64,000 nt of DNA, taken from contig CALXUN010000002.1 in NCBI GenBank assembly GCA_944391705.1, positions 8,279 through 72,278 on the forward strand, in the 5' to 3' direction. The notes under the pieces were generated by a model that was not told where the DNA came from, did no database searches, and saw only the letters and a list, made by a program, of their open reading frames with translations. This DNA is from an uncultured Alphaproteobacteria bacterium. GTDB lineage: Bacteria > Pseudomonadota > Alphaproteobacteria > RF32 > CAG-239. Position numbers and translations under genes: made by a program. Position 1 is the stretch's first letter. Each line of letters opens with the position of its first letter. Below are positions 48,916 to 57,761 of the stretch, piece after piece.

Positions 48916-50823
48916 TTGTTTTTTAGTTGGTGCTTTGGTTACGTAGTTGTGATTACTGTTATAATCATAACATAGCTCAAAGCATCCATCTGTAACCATA
49001 ACATATGGAACAGAATTGGGATTTGGATTTTTCTTACCGGGTGTCCAGTGGTTATCCTCAGGCTTGGTGAAACATTCATATTCAGCGGTATGGTATTGTC
49101 CATCCGGGCACAATTGACATTTGTAACAAGTGTCATTACCTGCATATCCAACTGTACTTTCATAACCATAATATGGTGAATTATAGCATTCCGAACGGTT
49201 TGTCGTAATACCAGGTCCGGTCGGACAGGTTTTGGCTTTACATTTGTAACAACTTACATCACCTGAGCCGTTTTCATTAGCTTCAATAATGCTTGTATCC
49301 AATTCCCATCCGCCACTTTGGCCGCATTCTGAAACATCTTTAACAAAGCCGTCTATGCAAATACATTTATAACACTGTCTATCACCCCGATAAGAATCAC
49401 CCAATGTTGAACTCATATTCACGCCACAGAACCTTAGCACTGAATTCATACCAAATTCGTCTGTTGCGCATGACTTAGTTTCACATTGATAACACCCTGC
49501 CTCATCGGTATCCGTACCAAGCTTCCAGCCCTTTGTTCCGGTTTTCCCGCAATCAGCTGCCGTTTTTGCATAACCATCCGTACATTGAAGCGTTACGCAT
49601 TTATAACAACCCTTAACTGTAGCGTGTTCTTGAAGCGTTTGTCCGACAAAACAGGCTTGGAGCCGATTTGCAGAATAACCGGCAGGACAATCTTTAACAC
49701 ATCGATAACATCCTGTATCGCCGGCATAAGCCGTCGAATGATATTCCGCCTTATAATCACTACGGCAAATACCTAAATCTCCGGCAGTATATCCTGTAGG
49801 ACAGGATTTGGCTGCACAAGCACCGCAAACAATTACTTTATTGCCGCTGACAACCTTTTTAGTGTATATATTCCATCCGGCGCTCCCTGAATCACCGCAA
49901 TCTTCAACTTTTTGATACTTGGAAGAAGAACCAGCCGGACACACATCATCGTCGGTTTCTTCTTGACCTGGACAATACATATAACTTGAATCAAACGGGC
50001 ATTTAACCCCGGTTGTTCCGTCATCACATTTTGTTGCCTTGACATAACCAAGGGTTGCACAATCCGTAACCGTTGTTTGCGTCACATTGCACCAATATGC
50101 TTCCAGATTAATCTGTCCTTCTTCGCTGCAGGTTTCTGCACTGCAAAGATAGCAATTATCATGACCGTTATAAACCTGTTCGACCAGCGTTGTACAACCA
50201 TCTGTCCGGGAGCTGCATTCTTCGGTCGAATAGCTGTCATCGCAAATACAATAAGGATACCAGCGGCTGCCGTCCGGTTCCTCGCAATAATCCGTACCGC
50301 TTGGTTCTTTTAAACCTCTCTCATCGCAGCTATACGGATAAACAGTTCGGGAACAAGCACATTCCTCATATCTGATAGATCCATCAGCAGGGCTCCTACA
50401 GGAATCTCCGCTGCCGGATGCATTAGTATAGTCAGCACAACTTTCATACGGATAACGAGCCGGATTGCAAATGGTTTCAGAACCGGCACAGCCGCACACC
50501 GAATTAAAAGTTCCGGTACAAATATATTTACCATTTTCCAAATCCAAAACATTATCGCTGTTACAGCTGCAACGATAATATGTTTTGTCATTATAAATAC
50601 AAGTTTGCTCCTGATAACCTTCCGGACATGGCGTTGTCCGATCATATCCCTGACATCCCGTACCAAGCCAGCTGCTGTTGTCAATACAACCGTCACCATT
50701 TAAAACGCCGGGCAAAAAGCAGACTTTGGCTTCTGCATCTGCTGCCGCGATTAGTATAACCAACAGTAAAAATTTCGCCAATGTCCGCATACTCTTAAGC
50801 CCTTCAGATAACTTGCCGTTCAT
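48913..50823 (-). CDS. Secreted, extremely Cys-rich repeat protein, 636 aa
   Basis: Signal peptide MRTLAKFLLLVILIAAADAEA. About 7 tandem modules of 35-45 aa of the form C-[PT]-x-G-[YF]...G..GCY[KRQ]C... (GCYRCVKDCPAGY, GCYKCVTLQCTDGY, GCYQCETKSCATDEF, QCYKCICIDGF, SCYKCKAKTCPTGPG, TCYKCQLCPDGQY). Own promoter and an AGGAAAG RBS. Confidence 0.7.
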   Translation of the reverse strand: MNGKLSEGLKSMRTLAKFLLLVILIAAADAEAKVCFLPGVLNGDGCIDNSSWLGTGCQGYDRTTPCPEGYQEQTCIYNDKTYYRCSCNSDNVLDLENGKYICTGTFNSVCGCAGSETICNPARYPYESCADYTNASGSGDSCRSPADGSIRYEECACSRTVYPYSCDERGLKEPSGTDYCEEPDGSRWYPYCICDDSYSTEECSSRTDGCTTLVEQVYNGHDNCYLCSAETCSEEGQINLEAYWCNVTQTTVTDCATLGYVKATKCDDGTTGVKCPFDSSYMYCPGQEETDDDVCPAGSSSKYQKVEDCGDSGSAGWNIYTKKVVSGNKVIVCGACAAKSCPTGYTAGDLGICRSDYKAEYHSTAYAGDTGCYRCVKDCPAGYSANRLQACFVGQTLQEHATVKGCYKCVTLQCTDGYAKTAADCGKTGTKGWKLGTDTDEAGCYQCETKSCATDEFGMNSVLRFCGVNMSSTLGDSYRGDRQCYKCICIDGFVKDVSECGQSGGWELDTSIIEANENGSGDVSCYKCKAKTCPTGPGITTNRSECYNSPYYGYESTVGYAGNDTCYKCQLCPDGQYHTAEYECFTKPEDNHWTPGKKNPNPNSVPYVMVTDGCFELCYDYNSNHNYVTKAPTKKQ

Positions 50824-50912
50824 ACTTTCCTATATTTTAAAGAGTATAACATAAAAGCTCAACCGTCAAGATTTTTCAAAAAAAAACAGCCATGATAATT
50901 TATCCGACCAAA

Positions 50913-51440
50913 CTAACCGTACTTTGCCTTCAACTGATAAATATATTCAATCACATCATCGCTGTCCCACTTGGCGCTGCCGCGGATACGCCCGATTTCT
51001 TCACCGTTTTTGTTAATCAGAACCGTATGCGGACTGGTAAAAATTCCCAAATCGGAAGCCACGGCCCCGTTTTCATCAACATAAAAATCGACATCCGGCG
51101 CTCCGTAACGTTTCAAAAAACGTTTTTGTTCGGCTACCGTTGCCCACTCTTCATTAGGGGAAATCAAAAGCAATTTGATGCCGTTTCCTTTTACGGCCTT
51201 ATAAAAGCCGTTAAGACTTTTAAGTTCTGCCAGGCACGGACCACAGTCGCGCGACCAGAAAACCGCCACCACAAAATCGCCTTTAAAATCCGAAAGACGG
51301 TAGTTTTTGCCGCTTTCATGAATAATTTTATGCGCCGGCGCCGGCCGCGGCTTGTCATAAATATTAACGCTGTCCTTGGCATAGGCCGGAGCCGCCAGTA
51401 AAAACAGAATAAAAGCCGCTTTCAAAACAAGTTTCAACAT
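50913..51440 (-). CDS. TlpA/ResA-like periplasmic thiol-disulfide oxidoreductase (thioredoxin fold)
   Basis: Signal anchor MLKLVLKAAFILFLLAAPAYA. WSRDCGPC CxxC active site. Start set at the ATG at 51440. Confidence 0.75.
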   Translation of the reverse strand: MLKLVLKAAFILFLLAAPAYAKDSVNIYDKPRPAPAHKIIHESGKNYRLSDFKGDFVVAVFWSRDCGPCLAELKSLNGFYKAVKGNGIKLLLISPNEEWATVAEQKRFLKRYGAPDVDFYVDENGAVASDLGIFTSPHTVLINKNGEEIGRIRGSAKWDSDDVIEYIYQLKAKYG

Positions 51441-51529
51441 CCCTGTTAAAATCCTTAATTTTACTTTGTATTTTACAATCGTTTTGAATATAATTATCAT
51501 CAATGTAAATACAACAAAAAGGTTAAAAA

Positions 51530-51664
51530 ATGAGATATGTTTTTAAATTTTTTTCAATTCTGCTGCTTGCCACGGCAATTCTCGGCACAACCGCCTGCGG
51601 CAAGGTTTCCGCTCCCGTTCCGCTTGAAGACAGCGGCTATCCGCACAGTTACCCGCGGCGTTAA
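51530..51664 (+). CDS. Tiny putative lipoprotein of 44 aa; not in the ORF track
   Basis: MRYVFKFFSILLLATAILGTTACGKVSAPVPLEDSGYPHSYPRR. Hydrophobic signal plus a Cys with a loose lipobox. Sits immediately upstream of the vWA gene. Confidence 0.3.
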   Translation: MRYVFKFFSILLLATAILGTTACGKVSAPVPLEDSGYPHSYPRR

Positions 51665-51681
51665 ATAAAGGATATCAGACC

Positions 51682-52368
51682 ATGAATGAACAAAAAAAAC
51701 CAACTGATGATACCATTCCTTATGTCGAATTTGCCGACAATGCCAATGAACGTACCCCCTGTGTGCTGGTTTTGGATTGCTCCGGCTCCATGCGCGGTGA
51801 ACCCATAAAACAGTTAAACGCCGGCTTAAGCGCTCTGGAAAAAGAACTGAAAGAAGACATTGATGCCAGCTCACGCGTTCAGCTTTTAATCATTAAAGCC
51901 TGCGGCAAAGACGAAGCCGTCATCAGCTCGGACTGGGTTGATGCCATGAACTTTACCGCGCCGGTTATGGAAGCCGGCGGTTTAACGCCGCTTGGCAAAG
52001 CCATGGAACTGGCTTTACAGAAAATCGAGGAACAAAAATGCCTTTACGACAGCTGCGGCGTTACCTCCAAACGTCCCTGGATATTTTTAATCAGCGACGG
52101 GGAACCCACCGACTACGGCTGGGAGCAGGCTGCCGAAAAATGCCGTTATGCCCAGCAGAATAAAAAAGTTATTATCCATGCCGTCGGCACTCAGGGGGCC
52201 AATTTGGAAAAGCTGGCAAAATTTTCCCTGATGTCGCCCAAACGCTTAACCGGGCTGAAATTTACCGAATTTTTCTTATGGCTGAGCCGCAGCGTTTCCT
52301 GTATTTCCAAAGCCGCCCCGAACGCGGATGATTTGCTTGAGGACATTAACGACTGGAATGATGAATAG
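51682..52368 (+). CDS. vWA-domain protein (TerY-like)
   Basis: MIDAS VLVLDCSGSMRGEP, ...T..., ISDGEPTD. RBS AAAGGA. Confidence 0.75.
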   Translation: MNEQKKPTDDTIPYVEFADNANERTPCVLVLDCSGSMRGEPIKQLNAGLSALEKELKEDIDASSRVQLLIIKACGKDEAVISSDWVDAMNFTAPVMEAGGLTPLGKAMELALQKIEEQKCLYDSCGVTSKRPWIFLISDGEPTDYGWEQAAEKCRYAQQNKKVIIHAVGTQGANLEKLAKFSLMSPKRLTGLKFTEFFLWLSRSVSCISKAAPNADDLLEDINDWNDE

Positions 52369-53107
52369 AAAACAGAACATACATATTGTTGCCGCCAGCG
52401 TAACCGGAACATATCACCGTGCCAAAAATCTTCCCTGTCAGGATTTTCATGCTCATGCCTGCCGGGGGAACAAGCTGGTTGCGGTTGTTTCCGACGGCGC
52501 GGGTTCGGCAAAATATGGTAAAATCGGTGCCAAAACCGTTTGCAGCACTTTATGCGATATTCTGATTTCCTGCCCGCTGGACGATATCCGCCAAAAAATT
52601 ATCGACGCTTTGGAAATTGCCCGCCAAAAGCTGATATATCACCGTTTTAACAAAACCAAAAGTGAAAACGGACTGGTTGATTTTGCCGCCACGGTTGTCG
52701 GTGCCGTCTATACCGGCAGCCGCGGCATATTTTTTCATATCGGTGACGGGGCCGCCATAGCTCTGGGAGATACAGCACAAAGCACCGTGGTTTCGCGCCC
52801 GGAAAACGGTTTGTTTTCCTGTGAAACTTATTTTTTTACCATGGACGACTGGAAAGACAGCCTGCGCTTCACCCCGTTTGAAAAAGCGCAAAGCCTGATG
52901 TTAATGACCGATGGTGTGACCGGTTTTGCTTTCACCAAAGATTACGACTGCCTGGAAAACAGGTTTATAGAACCGATTAACCGCTTTTTACGGGCTGAAC
53001 CCAACCGCCGCAAAGCCGTCCGTGCTTTAAACAACACATTGGGCACGCCGCGCGCCTGCCAATTAAATCCCGATGACAAAACGCTTTTATGGGTCGGTCT
53101 GAAATGA
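52358..53107 (+). CDS. PP2C-family Ser/Thr phosphatase
   Basis: VAVVSDGAGSAKYG and FHIGDGAAIAL metal-binding Asp motifs. Start overlaps the end of the vWA gene. Confidence 0.7.
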   Translation: MMNRKQNIHIVAASVTGTYHRAKNLPCQDFHAHACRGNKLVAVVSDGAGSAKYGKIGAKTVCSTLCDILISCPLDDIRQKIIDALEIARQKLIYHRFNKTKSENGLVDFAATVVGAVYTGSRGIFFHIGDGAAIALGDTAQSTVVSRPENGLFSCETYFFTMDDWKDSLRFTPFEKAQSLMLMTDGVTGFAFTKDYDCLENRFIEPINRFLRAEPNRRKAVRALNNTLGTPRACQLNPDDKTLLWVGLK

Positions 53108-54579
53108 ATCAAAACATAACTTCACAGGAAGCGGAATTTTTGTATTTTAACGCCATTTACGGCGACGGGCATTTTGAGCGTGAAAAGCTGGGCGAACTCT
53201 TAAACAAAGGTGGTGCTGCCGGCAAAATATATCGTGATGTCATTCACCCCGGGTTGGTAGCCAAAATCTTTCATGACCGCAGCAAAAGCCACACCAACCG
53301 CCAGAAGCTGGAAGCCATGCTGCACAACCGCCCGAACATTCCGCCGATTGTATATGACGGAAAAACTTATGTACAGATTGCCTGGCCGGAAGCGGTTTTG
53401 GAAGATGACGACGGCTTTTGCGTCGGCTATCTGATGCCGCTGATTAATATGAACGAGGCCGTTTCCTTAGACCACCTGATGCAAAAGGCCGTCCGTAAAA
53501 AACTGGGGCTTTCCGAAAGTTACAGCAACCGGCTGTATGCCGCTTATAATGTGGCCTCTATGGTTGCGGCATTGCACAAATGCGGCCATTACATTGTTGA
53601 CTTGAAACCGGCCAATGTTTCCGTTTACAAAGAAAACATGATTGTTGCCATGTTTGACTGCGACGGTTTTTCCATTAAGGGCGAAAAAGGGCGTTATCCG
53701 GCAGAATTTGTCAGTGAAGAATATATTTATCCGGAAGGAATGCAGCAAAATTGTGAGGAAATGGGCGAAGAACAGGATAAATTCGCTTTAGCCGTCATCA
53801 TATTCAAACTTTTAAACAACGGCATTCACCCCTTTTCCGGCACGCCGCGCAAATCTGGCAGCGAAATGCTGACCATTCAGACGCGGATTGAACAGTATCA
53901 TTACGCTTACGGCCTGTGGCCGGATTCTTATCAGGCGCCTAATCCTTACAGCATACACAATTATTTTGATAAAAAAACTTTGGAATTGTTTGACCGTGCC
54001 TTTTTAAAAGGCCAGAAACGTCCGTCTGCCAAAGAATGGCAGGAACACATGGAATATCTTTTCCGCAATTTAAAAACCTGCAAACAAAACCCGGATCATG
54101 TGTATTTTACATCCAGAGGCTGCGGTTTATGCGCCATTGAGGAAAAATTTAAGCAGAACATGGCCGCCGTCAAAGAAGAAAAAGCCATGCCGGTCAAAAT
54201 CCGCGGACTGGAAATATCCGAGCTTTCAACCGAAAAAACCGAACGTTTAAAACAAGAAAAACGCTTGAAGTTCATTAAACTGAACAAACTGACCTTAGCC
54301 GGCATCGTGCTATATCTTTTATTTTTCGGCAGCCTGTCGTTTATCCTAAAACCGGCGAAAGAGTTTCTGACATCGGGCGGTTATGCGCTGCAGCTGATTA
54401 TGATGGCCCTGCTTGTTAAAGTATTGTATACGGCAGGAAATCGCTTACAAGCCACTCTTCCGCTTTTAAAAAACCAGTCTTTGCTTAACATGCTTAAAAT
54501 TTATGCCCTGATTAACATCATTGTCGCATTTATTATCATAAACAATCTCGGTTTTGAAATTTTCCGGCCGGCCGGTTAA
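53104..54579 (+). CDS. Hanks-type Ser/Thr protein kinase with C-terminal coiled-coil and 2 TM helices
   Basis: Gly loop GGAAGKIY, VAKIF Lys, catalytic loop YIVDLKPANV, FDCDGF (DFG-like), YPE. ATGA start-stop overlap with the PP2C gene. Confidence 0.75.
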   Translation: MNQNITSQEAEFLYFNAIYGDGHFEREKLGELLNKGGAAGKIYRDVIHPGLVAKIFHDRSKSHTNRQKLEAMLHNRPNIPPIVYDGKTYVQIAWPEAVLEDDDGFCVGYLMPLINMNEAVSLDHLMQKAVRKKLGLSESYSNRLYAAYNVASMVAALHKCGHYIVDLKPANVSVYKENMIVAMFDCDGFSIKGEKGRYPAEFVSEEYIYPEGMQQNCEEMGEEQDKFALAVIIFKLLNNGIHPFSGTPRKSGSEMLTIQTRIEQYHYAYGLWPDSYQAPNPYSIHNYFDKKTLELFDRAFLKGQKRPSAKEWQEHMEYLFRNLKTCKQNPDHVYFTSRGCGLCAIEEKFKQNMAAVKEEKAMPVKIRGLEISELSTEKTERLKQEKRLKFIKLNKLTLAGIVLYLLFFGSLSFILKPAKEFLTSGGYALQLIMMALLVKVLYTAGNRLQATLPLLKNQSLLNMLKIYALINIIVAFIIINNLGFEIFRPAG

Positions 54580-54732
54580 AATATTTTTCACACCAATCCT
54601 TGCCTAAAACCCGCAGAATAGCTATTTAGTTTCTTTAAGGAAACTATAGGTATCTAAAGTGCCTACTTTTCTTTTTGCAAAAAAACGCATAAATAAATTC
54701 TAACAGAATTTTTTAGTTTTAAGGAAAAAACA

Positions 54733-56121
54733 TTGAAAAAATTAAATCCCATTATTTTATCAGGCAAAGAAGTCCTGCCCTTAATTGAAGGCGGCAAAGG
54801 CATTAACGGCAGCAACGGATACAGCTCCGGCGCCTGGGCAAGAGAAAACTGCGTCGGCACGTTTTCGGCTGTCAGCCCGGATACACTTGACAATAACGGC
54901 AACGTTATCATCGAAACATTTAAGAAGAAAATCCGTGCCGAACGCCATGAAGAAATGGTGCAATATGCCATTCAGGGCGGCATAGACCAGGCAAAAGTGG
55001 CACATGAAGTTTCCGGCGGCAACGGCCGCATCCACATGAATATGCTTTGGGAAATGGCCGATTCCGAACGGATTATTGCCGCCATCTTGGAAGGAAGCAA
55101 AGGCCTGATCCACGGTGTCACCTGCGGTGCCGGGCTGCCTTATCATTTAGGTGAGCTGGCCTCAAAATTCAAAGTTTATTATTACCCGATTATCTCCTCG
55201 GCCCGGGCCTTTCAGGTATTGTGGAAACGTGCCTATTCCAAATGCTCGGAATATTTGGGCGGCGTTGTTTATGAAGATCCGTGGCTGGCAGGCGGACACA
55301 ACGGTTTATCCAATGCCGAAAACCCCTTAGAACCGCAGTCGCCATACAACCGGCTGGTTGAATTACGTAAGCTCCTGCGTGAACTGGGGCTTGAAAAAAC
55401 ACCGATTATCATTGCCGGCGGAGTTTGGAAATTAAGTGAATGGGAAGATTATATTGACAACCCGGAAATCGGTGACGTTGCCTTCCAGTTCGGTACACGC
55501 CCGATGATTACCAAGGAAAGCCCGATAAGTGCAGCCTGGCAAAATGTTATGATGCACGTCAAAAAAGGCGATGTCATTTTACAAAGATTCAGCCCGACGG
55601 GGTTTTTCTCCTCGGCCATTAAAAACACTTTCTTAGAAAAACTGATTGAACGTAAAAAAGGCGAAATCGCTTTCAAAAACGAACCGGACAACGAATATTC
55701 TCATGCTTTGCCCATGAATGCCAACCGTACGGTTTACATCAAACCGGAAGACGCCGAAAAAGCCGACAACCAAATCAATGCCGGATTAAGCGTTATTCAG
55801 GAAACCCCTGATCAAACGGTTGTCTTTATGAGCCAGGAAGACTACAAAAAAATGAAGCAAGACCGTGCCGAATGCGTCGGCTGTTTGTCGCAGTGCCAGT
55901 TTTCAACCTGGTCGCGCGCTAACGGTACCACCGGCAAACTGCCGGATCCGCGCACATACTGCATTCATAAAACGCTTTATGAAGTCGGCCACGGCGGCAG
56001 CGTTAAAGACCATTTGCTGTTTGCCGGCCACCAGGTTTACCGCTTTGCAACCGATCCGCTGTATCGCAACGGTATTCCGACAGTAAAAGAACTGATTGAA
56101 AAAATCAAAGTCGGCGAATAA
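54733..56121 (+). CDS. FMN-dependent NMO (2-nitropropane dioxygenase/enoyl reductase-like) family oxidoreductase with C-terminal extension
   Basis: TIM-barrel motifs GVTCGAGLPY and IIAGGVW. TTG start with an AAGGAAAAAA RBS. Confidence 0.55.
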   Translation: MKKLNPIILSGKEVLPLIEGGKGINGSNGYSSGAWARENCVGTFSAVSPDTLDNNGNVIIETFKKKIRAERHEEMVQYAIQGGIDQAKVAHEVSGGNGRIHMNMLWEMADSERIIAAILEGSKGLIHGVTCGAGLPYHLGELASKFKVYYYPIISSARAFQVLWKRAYSKCSEYLGGVVYEDPWLAGGHNGLSNAENPLEPQSPYNRLVELRKLLRELGLEKTPIIIAGGVWKLSEWEDYIDNPEIGDVAFQFGTRPMITKESPISAAWQNVMMHVKKGDVILQRFSPTGFFSSAIKNTFLEKLIERKKGEIAFKNEPDNEYSHALPMNANRTVYIKPEDAEKADNQINAGLSVIQETPDQTVVFMSQEDYKKMKQDRAECVGCLSQCQFSTWSRANGTTGKLPDPRTYCIHKTLYEVGHGGSVKDHLLFAGHQVYRFATDPLYRNGIPTVKELIEKIKVGE

Positions 56122-56184
56122 CAATAACCTGTTTTGACTGATAAATTTTAACCCCACTCTTTTAAGAGCGGGGTTTTTGTTTTA

Positions 56185-56460
56185 TTATTCTTTATCCTTA
56201 TTTTTATCCTTGGCCGGAGAATAATCAACGAGTTCGATTTTAACCCGCTTGTCATAAAACGCTGCCAGCTGCGCCAGATAGCCGCCGTTAATCTGGCCGC
56301 GGCCGCATATCAGATAATCCAATTGCCATTCCGGTATGCGAGAAAGCACTGATAAATCTTTTAACGGCATATCGTGTCTTTGGCGTAATTCCCATAACAG
56401 CTTTCGGGTTTCACGCCGGGTTAATCTTAAGGCCGCGCGCTTTTGTTGTTTATTAAGCAT
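56185..56460 (-). CDS. XRE-like small regulator, paralog B of 17319-17627
   Basis: Start set at the ATG at 56460 (MLNKQQKRAALRL...), preceded by AAAGGAG. The C-terminal FYDKRVKIELVD aligns with YGYDLMIRLKFSVD of paralog A. Confidence 0.55.
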   Translation of the reverse strand: MLNKQQKRAALRLTRRETRKLLWELRQRHDMPLKDLSVLSRIPEWQLDYLICGRGQINGGYLAQLAAFYDKRVKIELVDYSPAKDKNKDKE

Positions 56461-56499
56461 TTTTATAAGCTCCTTTCTTTTGTTCATACTAAAATTAAA

Positions 56500-56655
56500 A
56501 ACAAAACCGCTTTAGAAAATTCCAAAGCGGGGAGCCAAAAAACTGTCACAATGCAGTCAGAGTTATTCGTGCCAAAGGCCTTATTTCCTCTACTCCCCCA
56601 AAGAAGGAGTTTTATTGTGAAGATGTTTTTTGGACACCACCGTCAAACGACGGCA
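56500..56655 (-). ncRNA. Candidate structured small RNA or leader, copy B (paralog of 17135-17290)
   Basis: Promoter TTGCAA (56684-56689), 16 nt, then TAATAT (complement of 56662-56667). Terminator CCGCTTTGGAATTTTCTAAAGCGG followed by a T-run on the minus strand. Sequence is near-identical to copy A, with compensatory substitutions in the stems. Confidence 0.45.
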
Positions 56656-56747
56656 GTGCTTATATTAAAGAAATTCCCCATTTTTGCAAGTGTTTTTTAA
56701 AAGCTCCCTCAAACGGGAGCTTTTGTTAATTACTCTCATTTGTTGAC

Positions 56748-56776
56748 AATTTATATTGCAGGTATTATATTTTTTA
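56748..56776 (+). promoter_or_regulatory. Sigma70-like promoter TTGACA-N17-TATATT, with a second one (TTGACT-N17-TATATT) about 150 nt downstream
   Basis: Near-consensus hexamers. Together they precede a short non-coding stretch that ends at the terminator at 57030-57062. Confidence 0.4.
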
Positions 56777-57062
56777 TAAGGGCAATGAAGAGTGGAAAGG
56801 TTTGCCGCCGCCATGTGTGTTTATTAAAGCACCTTGAAGAGATGTATGATAGAGATGACCGCCTATCCATTGTCCTTATTTTTTAAATCCTGTTTTCACA
56901 AAAATATTATCCCCACTTGACTTTTTTATTTTACAATGTTATATTTAATTAACCAACCGGTGGGAATGAAAGATGGTAATCGCCTGCTGTGTATCCTTAA
57001 AAGGGGAGCTGCTCTTTTAAGAGACTTGGTAGAAAAGCCCGAATTTTTCGGGCTTTTTTGTT

Positions 57063-57749
57063 TTATCTTTCTATTTTATACATTGAAGATATTGTCCTTC
57101 CATTTTCAGTTGGCGAAACAACAATTCTATATCTGCCGTCAGGTCTTGATACCTCATAAACAGATTGACCTCTTGGCGATATTTCAACAGGTTGTTCTTT
57201 GATATATCGAGGTATTTGTGTTGTTTCATTTCTAGGAACATCATGTTTATAGATAGCTTTATTTAAGCCATAATTTCTTTTGGTTCCATATTCTCGCAAC
57301 AAAGGTTTTCCTGCCGCAATAATTTCTCCGTTTTCCCCTCGTATAGCCTCGCCACGTTGGAGAATAACCGGTTCACCATTATGGTTCTTCATCCTTGTAA
57401 TAACATCTTTACCGCTACCTTGAAACGGGTTTTGTTTCAACCTGTCATAAGCCCGCCCGATTTGCCAACTGTTATAATAGGGACGCATGATGTTTACGCC
57501 GGTACTACCCAGACCATACATACCTAACCCCATACCGCCGAATTGTGTCATATTTCCCAAATTCTGGGCAAGATTACCGGTACCTTCCTCATCTTTAAGA
57601 CTTAAATAATCATTCATGCGGGTATCAATCCCGTACTTCTCACCCAGATAATCCAGTCCGCCGCCGCTCAGGCCGTTTATGGTTCGACCGGCGCCGTATA
57701 CCATGTCGGCGACATTTTCCGCCAGATAATCCGTAAACATATTCGGCAT
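57063..57749 (-). CDS. Hypothetical Gly-rich protein
   Basis: 228 aa with G-rich segments (GGGLDYLG, FGGMGLGMYGLGSTG). No known domain recognised. Terminator immediately downstream. Confidence 0.45.
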   Translation of the reverse strand: MPNMFTDYLAENVADMVYGAGRTINGLSGGGLDYLGEKYGIDTRMNDYLSLKDEEGTGNLAQNLGNMTQFGGMGLGMYGLGSTGVNIMRPYYNSWQIGRAYDRLKQNPFQGSGKDVITRMKNHNGEPVILQRGEAIRGENGEIIAAGKPLLREYGTKRNYGLNKAIYKHDVPRNETTQIPRYIKEQPVEISPRGQSVYEVSRPDGRYRIVVSPTENGRTISSMYKIER

Positions 57750-57761
57750 TTGAGGTCTTAT

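Noticed and set aside
56936-57202. 88-aa plus-strand ORF
   Set aside because: Runs through the intrinsic terminator at 57030-57062 and into the antisense of 57063-57749. The region is better explained as a short non-coding transcript.
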